A DNA stretch of 64,000 bases. Origin: Azolla caroliniana. Lineage: Eukaryota > Plantae > Polypodiophyta. Shown here in pieces: positions 11,485 to 24,796 of the stretch. The notes under the pieces are model-generated. The model had not been told where the DNA came from. It ran no database searches and saw nothing but the letters and a program-made list of their open reading frames with translations. Location of the stretch: contig JBHGNT010000006.1 in NCBI GenBank assembly GCA_043228905.1, forward strand, positions 13,206,001 through 13,270,000, read 5' to 3'. A program made the position numbers and the translations under genes. Each line of letters opens with the position of its first letter. The first letter of the stretch is position 1.

Positions 11485-14400
11485 ATGGACAAAGGGATAG
11501 CAAGTTCACTTCCAATAGAGAAGCTCGACCGGAGCAACTACGCGTCCTGGTCAAACAAGATGCACCAGTACTTGCTGGGGCATGGATATTGGAGCTTCGT
11601 GGAACGAACGAACGAGGTAGTGTCGGAGCCGGCACAGAATGACTTCCTGGTATGGGAGCAAGGAGCGAGCCGAGTATTGTATTGCTTGGCGTCCTATGTG
11701 CATGACCAGATGCTTGGCTACATAAAGGATGCAAAAACGCCGAAGGAGGCCGGGGGAAATTTGAGGAAGATTTTCGCCGCAAGTACCTCAACCCATAAGT
11801 TGTAGCTCCAGCAAGAGCTGAACAACATCTGGCAAAGAGATATGTCGGTTACGGATTGCACCACCAAGATAAAGGAGATTTGTGATGCACTCCGGTTCAT
11901 CAACGTGACGGTGGACAAAGACGAGATGGTACAAATTTGCCTCGGTGGTCTACCGCAAAGGTACGGGCCAATCCAGACAACGATCTGCACCTAGGAGAAG
12001 CCACCAACTTTCTTCGACTTGCAATCAATGCTAATGATCGAAGAAAACCACGCGAGTGGGTCGAGGACCACTCAATCGAACGGACGGATGTTGTACACGG
12101 AGATAGATCGGCCCCATGGACGTGGTGGGCGAGGTGGGTCGGCACGCAATGGACGAGGCTGGCAAGAGCAGAACCGGAGGTACAGAGGTAGTGCTGGCAG
12201 CAGTTCCGGACCCTCCACAAGCAAGGGGAGTCAAAACGGCGCCAGAAGTCGGCAAGGAAAAGCCGACACGGAATGTTGGTACTGTGGAAAATAGGGTCAT
12301 AGGGAAAGCGAGTGTTGGAAGAAGCATGCTGATTCCGATAAATCCAAATCCGGGAAAACTGGTCAGGAAAACCGGCAAAGCTCACACTGTGCAAAAGGTT
12401 CGGAAGGATCCAGAACTGGGAAGACCGGTAAAGGACAGCCTTCGTGATGAAGCACAAGGCTAACTCGATGAAGAAGACTACTTCCGGATCGGAGGAAGTA
12501 TGGTATGTTGATTCCAGAGCATCCAACCACATGACGAGTCATGAAGAGTGGTTCTCGTTTTTGGAGAAACTGGAACAATCGGAAATCGTCAAAACCGGAG
12601 ACGACACCCCACACCCGATTGTGCATATCGAAGAAGTCCCTTTAAGCCATGTTGGACAAAAGGGGAAGCTGATGAACGTACTACACATTCCGACTATCAC
12701 AGAGAACCTGGTGTCGGTTGGACAAATCGTCGACTAGGGGATGCAGGTGACGCACCTCGGGTGATTCATCGAGGAAGAAGGCTGGATAATTGTGCATGGG
12801 CGTAGGGAAGGGAGGATGTTCATTCTCAACACTAATGATGTCGGCACCGCCATGTTTGCTAAAGGATAGAAGATTGAATCCGACATCGATCTCTAGCACA
12901 AGTGGATCGACCATGTCAACTACCGGAGGCTTCAGGACCTGCAATCGAGACAAGTTGTTTATGGTTTGCCGAAATTTAGCGACCGGAAGGCCGAAATTTG
13001 TGAAGCCTGCTAACTCGGGAAGCAACACCGGCTTCCATTCCCCACTGAACGAAAGCGGTGCCGTAACATGCTTGATCTAATCCATTCGGATGTATGGGGA
13101 CCGACACAAAACGTTAGTCTTGGCGGGAGTCGATACTTCATCTCTTTCATCGACGACTACAGCCGACACACATGGATCTACCTCATTGAGAGGAAGAACG
13201 AAGTCTTCGAATGTTTCCGAAACCTTCAAAGTTTCGTTGAATGGGAAACAGAGAGGAAGATCAAGTGCCTACGGTCAGATGGCGGAAAAGAATACTTTTC
13301 CGGCGAATTCAACAGTTATCTGTAGTAGAACGGAATTTGGAGAGAATTCAGTTGCAGATACACACCGGAGCAAAATGGTGTGGCCGAAAGGAAGAACCGG
13401 TCGATTGTTGACGCGGCAAGGGAAATGTTGGAGGAGAAGAGCATGCCCCATTTCTATTGGGTTGAGGCGGTCTAGACGACCCTCTACATCCAAAATTGGA
13501 TCGGAGACAAGGTGTCATCACATAAGCTGTATTTCGGGCGGAGGCTGAAGTTGAGACACCTTCGGATATTTCGTAGCATAGCATATGTGCATGTACCGGA
13601 TGAGAAGCGGAAGAAGCTAGATCCGAAGTCGGAGAAATGCATCCTAGTCGGCTACTCGCAGGAGCAGAAGGGGTATAAGTGCTATAACCCCCGGACTCAA
13701 CATGTCTGAGTAAGCCGAGATGTCGATTTTGATGAGACAACATTATGGTACTCCCTACCGACTCCAACTCCCGACGAAGACCCGATTCCGGAAGATGAGG
13801 CTAGTGAGCCCGAGGAGGTCCAGGTAGAAGATGAAGACTTCAACACTCTAGAAGAGAGTTTGATTTCATTCCGGCTCAGTGGACCGAATGAGCGGCTGAG
13901 TCGAGATGACCAGTCAGATGAAGAACTGACGAGTATGGAGACTCTGTTTTGCTCTCCCCGCGTGAGGAACCAAGGAGACAGTTCACGCGCAAAGAGAAGG
14001 GGAAGAAGAAGATGCCGGAATATGAAACCGGAAACGTTGAGTCGGATCGGAGTGACTCCGACTCCAGAAAGGATGAAGGCGGATCTTCGGGAACGAAGTC
14101 CGAACCAGCCAAGAAGGGCCCCAAACCGGGTGATGATAAGTTACAACTGTCTTCTTGCCTGAAGAACCCCGTTACGCGGTATGGGTACAATGAGTACATG
14201 GCGCATCACTATGCATACATGACCAAAGTGGCGGAAGTGCGTGAGCCGGAGAGCTACGCAAAAGCGGCAAAGGATGCAAATTGGCGTGCCGCTATGGAAG
14301 AAGAAATGCGGGCACTCGATGCCAACGACACATGGGACCTCATTGACCCTCCCCGACACTGTAAACCGATTAGTTGCAAATGGGTGTACAAGGTGAAGTA

Positions 14401-15412
14401 CAATGCCGACGGTTCGGTTAACCGGTACAAGACCCGGTTAGCGGTGAAGGGATACTCAAACCCACGGAATCGACTACGACGAGACCTTCGCTCTGGTAGC
14501 GAAGATGACGACGGTTCGTGTGGTACTAGTGGTTGCCACGGCAAGGGGGTGGCATCTTCACCAGATGGACGTGAAGAATGCGTTTCTTCAAGGTGACCTT
14601 CAATAAGAGGTCTTTATGATCCAACCCCCTAGATTTCAGTCGGAGATGAACAAGTCGGCAGTGTGCGGGCTTAAGAAGTCGCTTTACGGTCTGAAACAAG
14701 CCCCCCGAGCTTGGAATTCGAAGATCACGCACCGGTTACGTAAGATGGGGTTTGTGACCTCTAAATCCGACTCCTCGTTGTTCATCCGTCAAGGTCCCGA
14801 TGGTCCGGTTTGCATCTTACTTTATGTAGATGATTTAGTCATCATTGGACCCGGACTTAATGAAATCGGCCGTGTCAAGGCTCAGCTATCAGACGTATTT
14901 GAGATGAAGGATCTGGGGGACCATCATTATTTCCTTGGGATCGAGGTGATCCGAACCCCCGACGGCATATTGCTTTCACAACGACACTATGTGTTGAATA
15001 TTGGTAGCCCAGCTATTGCGTGGAGCAGCAAAAAGTAGCCAATAGTGGCTCTGTCGAGTATTGAGATTGAGTATCGGGGCGCTACCGTTGCCACCTGTGA
15101 AGCCATCTGGCTTCGGCGATTGCTGCAAGACCTGCGGATTGAGGTACCGACCCCGATCCTAATCTATTGTGACAACATGAGCAACATTCAGCTCGCCAAG
15201 AACACCATGTTCCATGCTCGGACGAAGCAGATAGAAGTCCACTATCACTTTGTGCGTGAGTGGGTTTTGGGCAGTGAAGTTGAACTTTGGTATGTTTAAA
15301 TGGATTGGCAAGTTTCCGATATATTCACCAAACCGCTCAGATCGGACAAGTTGCTGCACTTCACTAAAATGCTTGGTGTTCAGCATCTCGACGTGCCGCA
15401 CTTGAGGGGGAG
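11485..15412 (+). pseudogene. gag-pol: K1 gag-pol pseudogene
   Basis: MDKGIASSLPIEKLDRSNYASW, CWYCGK zinc knuckle, WYVDSRASNHM, HSDVWGP, RSDGGKEY, YVDD; many stops; RT-RH deletion near 15000 (HYVLNI|GSPAIAW). Confidence 0.9.
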
Positions 15413-15437
15413 AAAAGTGTTAGGAAACAGGTCCCTC

Positions 15438-15620
15438 CGGATGGTGAAGACCCGGTGAGAACCGGATGAAGAGTACCCGGCTATGGAGAGCCGGATGGTG
15501 CAGACTCGGTGAGAACTGGATGAGTACCCGGCTACGGAGAGCCGAATGGTGCAGACCCGGTGAGAACCGGATGAAGAGTACCCGGCTACGGAGAGCCGGA
15601 TGGTGCAGACCCGGTGAGGA
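15438..15620 (+). repeat. 54-bp tandem repeats (about 3.4 copies) in L1 LTR U3; also at about 20195-20380
   Basis: Unit CGGATGGTGCAGACCCGGTGAGAACCGGATGAAGAGTACCCGGCTACGGAGAGC. Confidence 0.9.
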
Positions 15621-16107
15621 GTGCTCACTGGATGAAGAGACATATTCGTAAATATGTTTCTGAGATTCCATCGTGGCTATATTTGTAAATAGCCGAAAAG
15701 TCATATTAGTATAAATATGACTTAGGGCAAACTTTTTCGGGTTGTTGTTGTCATTCTTGTTTGCGTAAGATTAGAGCGCGCAACTATGTACAGAGAGAGT
15801 GAGAGAGAGGAAGAGGTTGTTGCCTCTGTTGTAACCGCCGCTTGTGGTGAAGATAGAAAGCTCGAGGTCGTTGCTTCGGTGCTTTACCAATTTTTGTACT
15901 TTCTGACATAGTGATATTTTGCAGTGTGTGGGCTGCCATGGTTTTTTCCCGTATTTGGGTTTTCTACGTAAACATCCTGTGTACTCTTCTCTTCACTGTG
16001 TCGTGCATTCATTCCCCATTTTTTCTGTGTTTTGATTCTAAGCTCGGTTGTGGCTGAGCGTTGTTCATCGGGAGTGTGTGTTCCTGTCAAAGTGGTATCA
16101 GAGCGAA

Positions 16108-19100
16108 ATGACACAGAAGATGGACGAATCGTTGGGCGGCATGTTCAAGCTCACCGGCTCCAACTATTCAGTGTGGAAGTCAAAGATGAGGGACATGCTC
16201 GTGGTTAAAGATCTTAGGTTGTCGGTTCAGTTCGGGGACAAGAGACCGGACAAAATCGATGCCACGATATGGGAGGTGATGCACATGAAGACAACGACGT
16301 ACATATGGTGCTTCATCGACATGCGCCTATACAACAACTTCAATGAAGAGAGCAAGGCTCATGAGCTCTGGGTGAAGATCGACATTATGTTTCAGAACAA
16401 AAATGTTGTTAACCAGGTTTCGGTATTCCGGAAGCTAGTAAGACTCCGGTACCAAGATGGCTCCAGCATGGCGGAGCACATGAATGCCTTCCAGGGGCTG
16501 ATACACCAGGCAACATAATTGGAAGTACCTCTTGCCGATGAGGTACTAGCACTACTCCTGCTCGGTTCCCTCCCAGATAGTTGGGAGACGTTGGTTGTCA
16601 CCTTGGGCAACGCCGGGCCGAAAGGGAAACGGTTATCCCTAGCAAGAGTGAAGTTGAGCTTGTTAGATGAGGAGGCGCGTTGGAAAGATAAGGATATGAG
16701 CTCCGACTCCAAAGCGCTCCTTACCAAATCGGAATGCGGAAGACAAAGGAACCATAGCCCCTAGAACCGGGAAAAGTCGGGGACACAGTCAAAGTCAAGG
16801 GGGAGGCCTACTTGCTTCTATTGCGGCAAGCCGGGACACTTCCAGAAGAACTGTCGGCATTTCCGAAAAGACAAGGAAACCGGCGGTACCGATTCGAAGC
16901 GGACACCTGGCTGGAACGGTACAGATCGGAGGGGGCCGAACCGGAAGGGAACGACGGAAATCGTGGCAAGTGAAGAAGAGTTGATGCTCATCACTGAGGA
17001 GAGTGAGATAAACCTTGCCAGCGACGAGATGACCTGGGTGGTCGACTCCGGAGCGTCGTTCCACCTTACCCCGGACCGGAAATGCTTCTCATCCTACTCA
17101 ACTGGTGATCACGGCTGTGTCCGGATGGGGAATGAAGGTACATGCCGAATTGTCGGCATAGGAGACGTGTGGTTGACAACACCAACCGGGTGCAAGCTAC
17201 TGTTGAAGGATGTCTGACACGTTCCGGAGGTTCGTCTGAACCTGATATCAACCGGTTGGCTAGATGATGAAGGCTACACGGGTAGCATCTGGAACGGTGT
17301 TATGAAGTTCAGCAAAGGGAGCCTGATTGTGGCTCAAGCCCGGAAAGTCAACACTCTGTACCTGATTAATGCCCGGTTATGTCCGGAGGAAGTGAACGTG
17401 GCATCCGACATTGCCGGTGAGCTGTGGCACAAAAGGCTGTGTCACATGAGTGAGAAGGGGATGAAGAGGCTTGCAGACGACAACCTCATTCCAATGAAGA
17501 ACGTGCACTTGGAGAAGTGCATTGATTTTCTAGGCGGAAAGCAAAACCGGACCTCCTTCCGATCGAGGCCACCGATGAGACGTAATGCACCGCTGGAGTC
17601 GGTGCATACTGATGTGTGTCAAGTGGACACGAAGTCACATGCAGGATCACAGTACTTCGTGACGTTCATAGATGACCACAGCCGAAAGTTGTGGGCCACA
17701 CTGTTGAAGACGAAGGATCAGGTGTTATCCGTCTTTAGAGAGCTCCACGCGAGAGTGGAAAGAGAAACCAGCCGGAAGCTGAAGGTGGTTCGAGCAGATA
17801 ACGGAGGTGAATACCGGGGGCTGTTCGAGGAGTATTGTCGCTCTAAGGGAATCCGGCTTGAATTTACCGTGCCGAAGACGCCGAAACTAAACGGGCTGGC
17901 CGAGAGGATGAACCGGACCATAATGGAGAGGGTCCTGAGTATGCTGGCGCATGCAAAGTTACCCAAGACGTTTTGAGCTGAGGCACTGTCGACAACGAAG
18001 TATGTGATAAACAGATCACCCTCAATGCCCTTGGATGGAGACACACCGCAGAAGGTGTGGACCGGTAAGGAAGTGTCCTACCGGCATATGAAGGTGTTCG
18101 GGTGTCTCGCATACGTGCATGTAGCTAAGGACCGGAGAGGAAAGTTAGATCCAAAGACCCGGCCATGCATATTCCTCGGTTACGACGACGATGAGTTCAG
18201 CTACCGAGTGTGGGACCCGGTCGACAAGAAGCTATTCCAGAGTCGAGATATTATCTTCATGGAGGACAAGACGCTCGCCGACTGGGAGTCAGAGAAGAAG
18301 ATAATGAACTCCGAGTCGACCGGTAAGGATCGATTCTACAATGAGCAGACCCGACCGGCAAGAGACAGGTTAGCACTCGAGGAACCAGCCGGTTACGGTG
18401 AGGTTACCGAACCGGCAGAAGAAGAAGTAGAGGAAGCTGAAACCGGAACCGGCCAAGACCCCGAATTGGATTCGGATGAAGAGCAAATGGAGGAGCCGGT
18501 TACCGAAGCCCAGAGACAGAGATATCCACTTAGAGAGAGAAGGGCCCCCCGAGATTTCCGGATGCCGAGCATGTGCTGCTAACCGATGAGGGGGAGCCAG
18601 AAAGCTTCGAAGAAGCGAAGGATGACACCCACAACCAAAAATGGTTAAGTGCCATGCAGGATGAGATGGATTCCCTGCATGAGAACCATACGTACGAATT
18701 GGTGGAGTTGCCGAAAGGAAAGCGGGCACTCCGAAACAAGTGGGTGTACAAGTTGAAACCGGGAGATGCTGGCAAACCCCCAAGATACAAAGCTAGGATC
18801 GTGGTGAAGGGGTTCCAGCAGAAGAAGGGCATGGACTTCGACGAGATATTTGCCCCGGTAGTAAAGATGACCTCCATCCGAACGGTGCTAAGTATAGCGG
18901 CAAGCATGGACCTCGAGGTAGAGCAGCTAAACGTGAAGACGTCATTCCTTCACGGTGACCTCGAAGAGGAGATCTACATGCAGCAACCGGAAGGATTCGT
19001 GGAGAAAGGGAAGGAGCACCTGGTTTGCCGGTTGAAGAAGAGCCTCTACGGGTTGAAGCAGGCCCCCCGACAATGGTACCGAAAGTTCGATCCTTCATGA

Positions 19101-20164
19101 CCGATCAAGGGTACCACAAGACGCAGGCCGATCATTGCGTGTTTGTGAAGAAGTTCGAAGGAGCCGACTTCCTGATACTCCTTCTTTACGTGGACGACAT
19201 GTTGATCGTCGGACGGGACCAAGCCAAAATACGGATGCTGAAGAAGGCTCTCAACTGGACCTTCTCAATGAAAGACTTGGGTCCGGCAAGACAAATGTTG
19301 GGGATGCATATCATCCGGAACCGGCCAACGAAGCAACTGTGGCTGTCATAAGAGAAGTACGTGACAAAGGTGCTTCAACGGTTCAACATGTCAAATGCGA
19401 AACCGGTCGGATCGACACTTCCGGCAAACTGCAGGTCATCCGGTAAGCAAAGCCCGAAGACGAAAGCAGAGAAGGCGGATATGATGAAGGTTCCATATGC
19501 CTCTACTTTCGGGAGCTTAATGTACGCAATAGTGTGTACTCGACCAGATATTGGATACGCAGTCGGAGTGGTGAGCCGGTTTATGACCAATCCCGGCAAG
19601 GAGCACTGGAACGTGGTCAAATGGATACTCCGGTACTTGAAGGGCACTTCGAACATGTGTCTCCGATTCGGCTCCGGTAAACCTCAACTTGACGGTTTTA
19701 CTGATTCGGACATGTCGGCTGATGTGGATACCAGCCGGTCCACATCCGGGTATGTAATGACATATGCAGGGGGAACTGTTTCGTGGCAGTCGAGGCTGTA
19801 GAATACGGTTGCATTGTCAACCACGGAGGCGGAATACATGGTGGTTGTGGAAGCCGACAAGGAAATATTATGGATGAAGGACTTCATCGGAGAGCTCGGT
19901 ATCAGGCAAGATGAATACTGGCTCTTCTGCGACAGTCAAAGTGCCATCCACCTTGCTAAGAATGTGGCCTACCATTCCTGGATGAAGCATATCCAACGAA
20001 GGTATCACTGGATCCGGGAAAGAGTAGATGACCAGGAGTTCGCGCTAATGAAGATCCACACGGCCGAGAACGAGTCAGATATGCTGACCAAAGTACTGAT
20101 ACCCGACAAGCTGGATGCATGCCGGAAGCGGATCGGACTAGTAAGACATCCCATGCCGGAGTGA
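16108..20164 (+). pseudogene. gag-pol: L1 gag-pol pseudogene
   Basis: LPDSWETL, CFYCGKPGH, WVVDSGASFH, WHKRLCHMSEKG, RADNGGEY, LYVDDML, FTDSD; several stops and frameshifts. Confidence 0.92.
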
Positions 20165-21828
20165 AGGGGGAGTTTGTTAGGAAACAGGTCCCTCCGGATG
20201 GTGAAGACCCGGTGAGAACCGGATGAAGAGTACCCGACTATGGAGAGCCGGATGGTGCAGACCTGGTGAGAACCGGATGAGGAGTACCCGGCTACGGAGA
20301 GCCGGATGGTGCAGACCCGGTGAGAACCGGATGAAGAGTACCCGGCTACGGAGAGCCAGATGGTGCAGACCCGGTGAGGAGTGCTCACCGGATGAAGAGA
20401 CATATTCGTAAATATGTTTCTGAGAGTCCATCATGGCTATATTTGTAAATAGCCGAAAAGTCATATTAGTATAAATATGACTTAGGGCAAACTTTTTCGG
20501 GTTGTTGTTGTCATTCTTGTTTGCATAAGATTAGAGCGCGCAACTGTGTACAGAGAGAGTGAGAGAGAGGAAGAGGTCGTCTTGGCCCTTGGTGAAGATA
20601 GAAACCTCGAGGTCATTGCTTCGGTGCTTTACCAATTTTTGTACTTTCTGACATAGTGATAGTTTGCAGTGTGTGGGCTGCCGTGGTTTTTTCCCATATT
20701 TGGGTTTTCCATGTAAACATCCTGTGTACTCTTCTCTTCACTGTGTCGGGCATTCATTCCCCGTTTTTTCTGTGTTTTGATTTTAAGCTCGGTTGTGGCC
20801 GAGCGTTGTTCATCAGAGCGTGTGTTCCTGTCAAAAAGGAAACGGAACGGATGGCATTGGACAAGGAACTGGGAAGGGAAGAACCAACAAAGGGGGAGAG
20901 GAGAGGAAAAAGGAAGCCGAGTCGACGAAAGAAGCCGGCACGTCTGAACAAGTCGGAACAAGCAACAACGGCGGCAGAGTTAAGAAGGATTGAGCCGACC
21001 GGAAGGAGAAGGTCAAGAGCCGGACATGGTTTGATAGAGTGAAGGGCCTGAAACCGGAAGACGAGTTGGAGAACACTGACTTGGACAAGAGTGGGAACGA
21101 ATCGGAGACAGCCAATTCGCTTCAACTATAGGATTCGAAGAAGCCGGATCAACTAAAGGCCAAGCGGACATGGATGTAGCGGAAGTCGACCCTAACACGA
21201 AGGAACCGATGGGTCGACAAGCGCCGGAGTCGCATTAACAAGGGAGCTGAAATGGGCCTATTGAGCTGACAAGCTGATCGAGGAGGTCGAGGTGCCCAGA
21301 ACTAGAAGGGTCGCGGTAAATATGACTGGACCAGACGAGGAGTGCAAGCAAGGCAGAGCCGCGTAGAAGAACCGGCTTCCGTGGACACTAACACCACAAT
21401 CCGACCTCAAGTTGAGCTTGAGGGGGAGTGTTGAGCGAGCAAGCTCAACCGGATCCGGATCGGCATCCAAAAGGATGAGCCGAATTGGTATCCAGAAACA
21501 ACCGGCCGGATCGGGGAGACGGATTGGAGAGCCGGATTGGAGCAGGAACCGGAAGCCTAGTAGTAGCCTAGAGTATTAGGTAATCATTGTCTCATAGTTA
21601 GTGTCAGTCACACATAGGAATATTGAAGTACCTATCAATCCTTTATGGACTTGTATAAATAGTGTTGTTTAGCACGTTGTATGTACGCTTACGTTCTGCT
21701 CTCTCTGTCTCTCCCGCCTATACGCAGTGTGTGTTAAGCTTCACCATTAAACCTTCATCTTGTTCTCTGTTGCTATCTCGCTCAGCCGGTTCTGTCTAAC
21801 GCTTCTGCACGGTAATATTGACAATATG

Positions 21829-22125
21829 GTATCATTTCGGATGCCCCATAGAGCTGATTAACGATCAAGAGGGGCATTTAATCAACAAGGTCGTATGTTT
21901 ATTAACGGAACATTATGCGGTCATACACAAGAAAAATACCCCCTACTACCCCCAGGCTAATGGACTAGCGGAATCAACGAACAAAACCTTATAGAACATT
22001 CTGAAGAAAATCGTCAATGAGAATCAGACGGACTGGGATACAAAGCTCCAAAGCGCACTATGGGCATATTGTACGAGCTTCAAGACAAGTACCCAGTTGT
22101 CGCCATTCCGACTAGTGTTCGAACT
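21829..22125 (+). pseudogene. pol: Element A integrase core, continuation after K1
   Basis: YHFGCPIELINDQ..YYPQANGLAESTNKTL..WDTKLQSALWAY. Confidence 0.88.
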
Positions 22126-22127
22126 CA

Positions 22128-23060
22128 TTATTATACCATGGTTGTAACATTCCCGTTTTACTTGAAAAGAAGAAGAAGAGGGCATTCAAAACTATTTTAA
22201 ACCTTTTACATGCGGACATGCAGTCCAAGAAAGGCAACTAACTACTCGTTCACACGTGTGGCAATGGCTCGACGAATCTTGATCCAAGACCTCCCTCACA
22301 ATTCATCACAATGGATTGGGCCATACTGGATCGCCAATGTTGAAAACGACACTTTTGAACTAGTTGCCAAGCAAACTCAATGAGATCCAGCTGAAACTGT
22401 ATTAGGGACCCATGCCGTCAAACCCATTTTCGAAAAAACCAGGCACACTTACCGCTGGATCACTCCTCACCATAGCAACTTCGTGGGATGGACCCCACAC
22501 TGTCAAAATCAAGGGGAATTTAATGTATCATTATTGTACAATGGTTCTAACATTCCCATTTACTTGGAATAAAAAAAGGGGGCATTCAGAACTATTTAAA
22601 ACCTTTTAGATGCGGACATGCAGTCCAAGAAAGGCAACTAACTACTCGTTGAGAATCTTGATCCAAGACCTCCCTCGCAATTCCTTACAATGGACCGGGA
22701 CGTACTGGATCACCAATGTCAAAAATGGCTCGGACGTTAGCCGGAGAAGTACTGCCAAGCAAAGTCAACAAATTCCAACTGCAACTATATTTGGGACCCA
22801 CGTCGTCAAACCCATTTTCGAAAAAACCGGGCACACTGACAGTTGGATCACTCCTCGCCGAAGCAACTTCGTGGGATGGACCCCACACTCTAATTCAAGG
22901 GGAATTTAATGTATCGTTATTGTACCATGGTTGTAACATTCCCGTTTTGCTTGAAAAAAAAACGATGCGGACATGCAGTCCAAGAAAGGCAACTAACTAC
23001 TCATTCACACACGTGGCTATGGCTCGACAAATCTTGATCCAAGTCCTCCCTTGCAATTCC
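22128..23060 (+). repeat. About 390-400-bp tandem repeat (about 2.4 copies) containing the integrase GPY/F region
   Basis: CCATGGTTGTAACATTCCC..ATGCGGACATGCAGTCCAAGAAAGGCAACTAACTACTC recurs near 22135, 22540 and 22925. Confidence 0.85.
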
Positions 23061-23165
23061 TCACATATTCAGCTCCCTTGCTCTCCTCACTCCCATCACT
23101 CTCTTCGTTCGCACCCTATAGCCAAGGCTCACCCTCTACACTCAACACACGACCCATCTATCCCC

Positions 23166-23983
23166 ATGGCTATTGATATTCTGCCTACCCTCCGCCAGTG
23201 GCTCATCGCTCACTGCTTGGCATGTTACATCCGCGTTGCTGAAACTCAACCCCACCCCAACGACATTGGCGCTAACCTGAACATTGACACCATCACGAAT
23301 GCCATGGTTTGAAAGAAGCTCGACCTCAGCCCGCTTGGGGACTAGTGCTTGGAGATCCCACCCATCACCATACTAGAAAAATATTTGGCGAATACTCTGC
23401 CTCTGCCAAGGCGTATAAGATCCCGCAGGCACCGAACATTTTTTTCCACGATGTCACCAAATTCATGCTAGAGGTTACTTGTGTGCACCCAAAATCATAC
23501 GGGATACCAAAACACAAAGCAGGTGTAATCATTGCCACATACGAGGAAGCCCTAATCGATTGGGGATACATCAATGGTGTGGCCTTACATGTTGGGTTGA
23601 TTGCCCTACAAGTTGGGAAGGAAAAGCTTCCCATCATAGCACAGTACTTGACAGTACTCTTTCTGCCAACCACAACATTGCCACCTCCCACCTCAACCGG
23701 CCAAGCCACAACACAGACGTTGGTCTCTAGCTGCAAGAAGCGACTTGTCCAACTTTAGACGAGTGAGTGGCAAGACGAAGAAAGTGTGCGGCCTCAAAAA
23801 ACTGCGGCTTGGCGAAAGATGCAACCTCGAAACCGGCCATGGAGGCACCCATTGAGGCATCAACAATAGTCGTTCCAGACACGACTAAGGGAACAACACT
23901 CATTGGGAAGTTGGCACGAGGGAAAGGGTCCCTAATCTAAGAGAGAAAAGTTCTTGCCTATGGGGAAACCCCGGCCATCATGA
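23166..23983 (+). pseudogene. Extra 3' ORF of element A, N-terminal part (function unknown)
   Basis: MAIDILPTLRQW.. then a frameshift near 23310 into ..ATYEEALIDWGYING..; sense strand, downstream of integrase. Confidence 0.55.
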
Positions 23984-24796
23984 TGTCGTGAAGAAAACCG
24001 GCCTAAAGAGGAATTAGAGGATAATGTGGGTGAACCGACTTTTGCATGGGGACGCGTACATTAATCTCTTTGTACATGACTAGGAGTAGGTCGACGCAAT
24101 GTAAATATACTAGGAAGAATATATTTATTTGCTAGAAAATCAAAGTGTATCTCTGCCCAAAGGGATAGAGAATAAAGAGGATGTGATAGTCCCCCCCCTC
24201 ACCCCCACCCCCCCACACCGCTTTTTTTGGGGAAGGAAGGGGGGGACTGAAAAGGGAATCGCGTTTTGGGGAGGAGGGGGAGTGATGTCGGACTGGGGAC
24301 CGAGCACTGTTCTTTTGGTTGTGATCGCTGTAGGATTTCTGGTGGGTTGTCTCTGCTCGCGAGGGGGTCGATGCGTTTTCGGCCAAGGCTCCACTGCATG
24401 TCTTGGTCCTGGTGTGCGTGAGCATGTGTTTGGTTAGTCACCAGCATGCCGGTTGTAATCTCTGAAATATTGTAAATGCCTAGTAGTCGTAATCGATTTG
24501 TCTTGAGTAGTTGTCTTCTTGCCTAACTGTGGCCTTCTCTAATTTTGTTGTTGTCTTCGTAACCGACCAAGCTTCTCCGCCTATCATTCACTTGTAGTTG
24601 TATTCTTGTCTGGCTTAGTGAGCGCTATGCTCACTGGAAACCAGTGCCTACTGACACATTGCTTCCGTTTTCTTCTCTCTCAATTTCACGCACTCCTTGG
24701 TTCAAGGCCCCCCCGTTTCCGCCTTAGTTTCCTATGCGCAAGCTCGACATCACGACATCTTTGGTGAAGTCAATGTGAATTAAGGCGGTAGAGGAG

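Larger units (their letters stand above)
15418..20833 (+). mobile_element. L1: Ty1/copia (Tnt1/Tto1 Tork-like) nested in K1
   Basis: LTRs 15418-16089 and 20175-20833; TSD AAAAG/AAAAG; PBS TGGTATCAGAGC 16093-16104; PPT GAAGGGGGAG before 20175. Confidence 0.95.
10941..21823 (+). mobile_element. K1: full-span, decayed Ty1/copia (family K) inserted in A integrase
   Basis: LTRs 10941-11391 and 21429-21823; TSD ATATG/ATATG; PBS TGGTATCAGAGC (iMet) 11392-11403; PPT 21417-21428. Confidence 0.95.

Noticed and set aside
15438-15620. Regularly spaced repeats that could suggest a CRISPR array
   Set aside because: Units are head-to-tail with no unique spacers, lie in both LTRs of a copia element, and no cas genes are present
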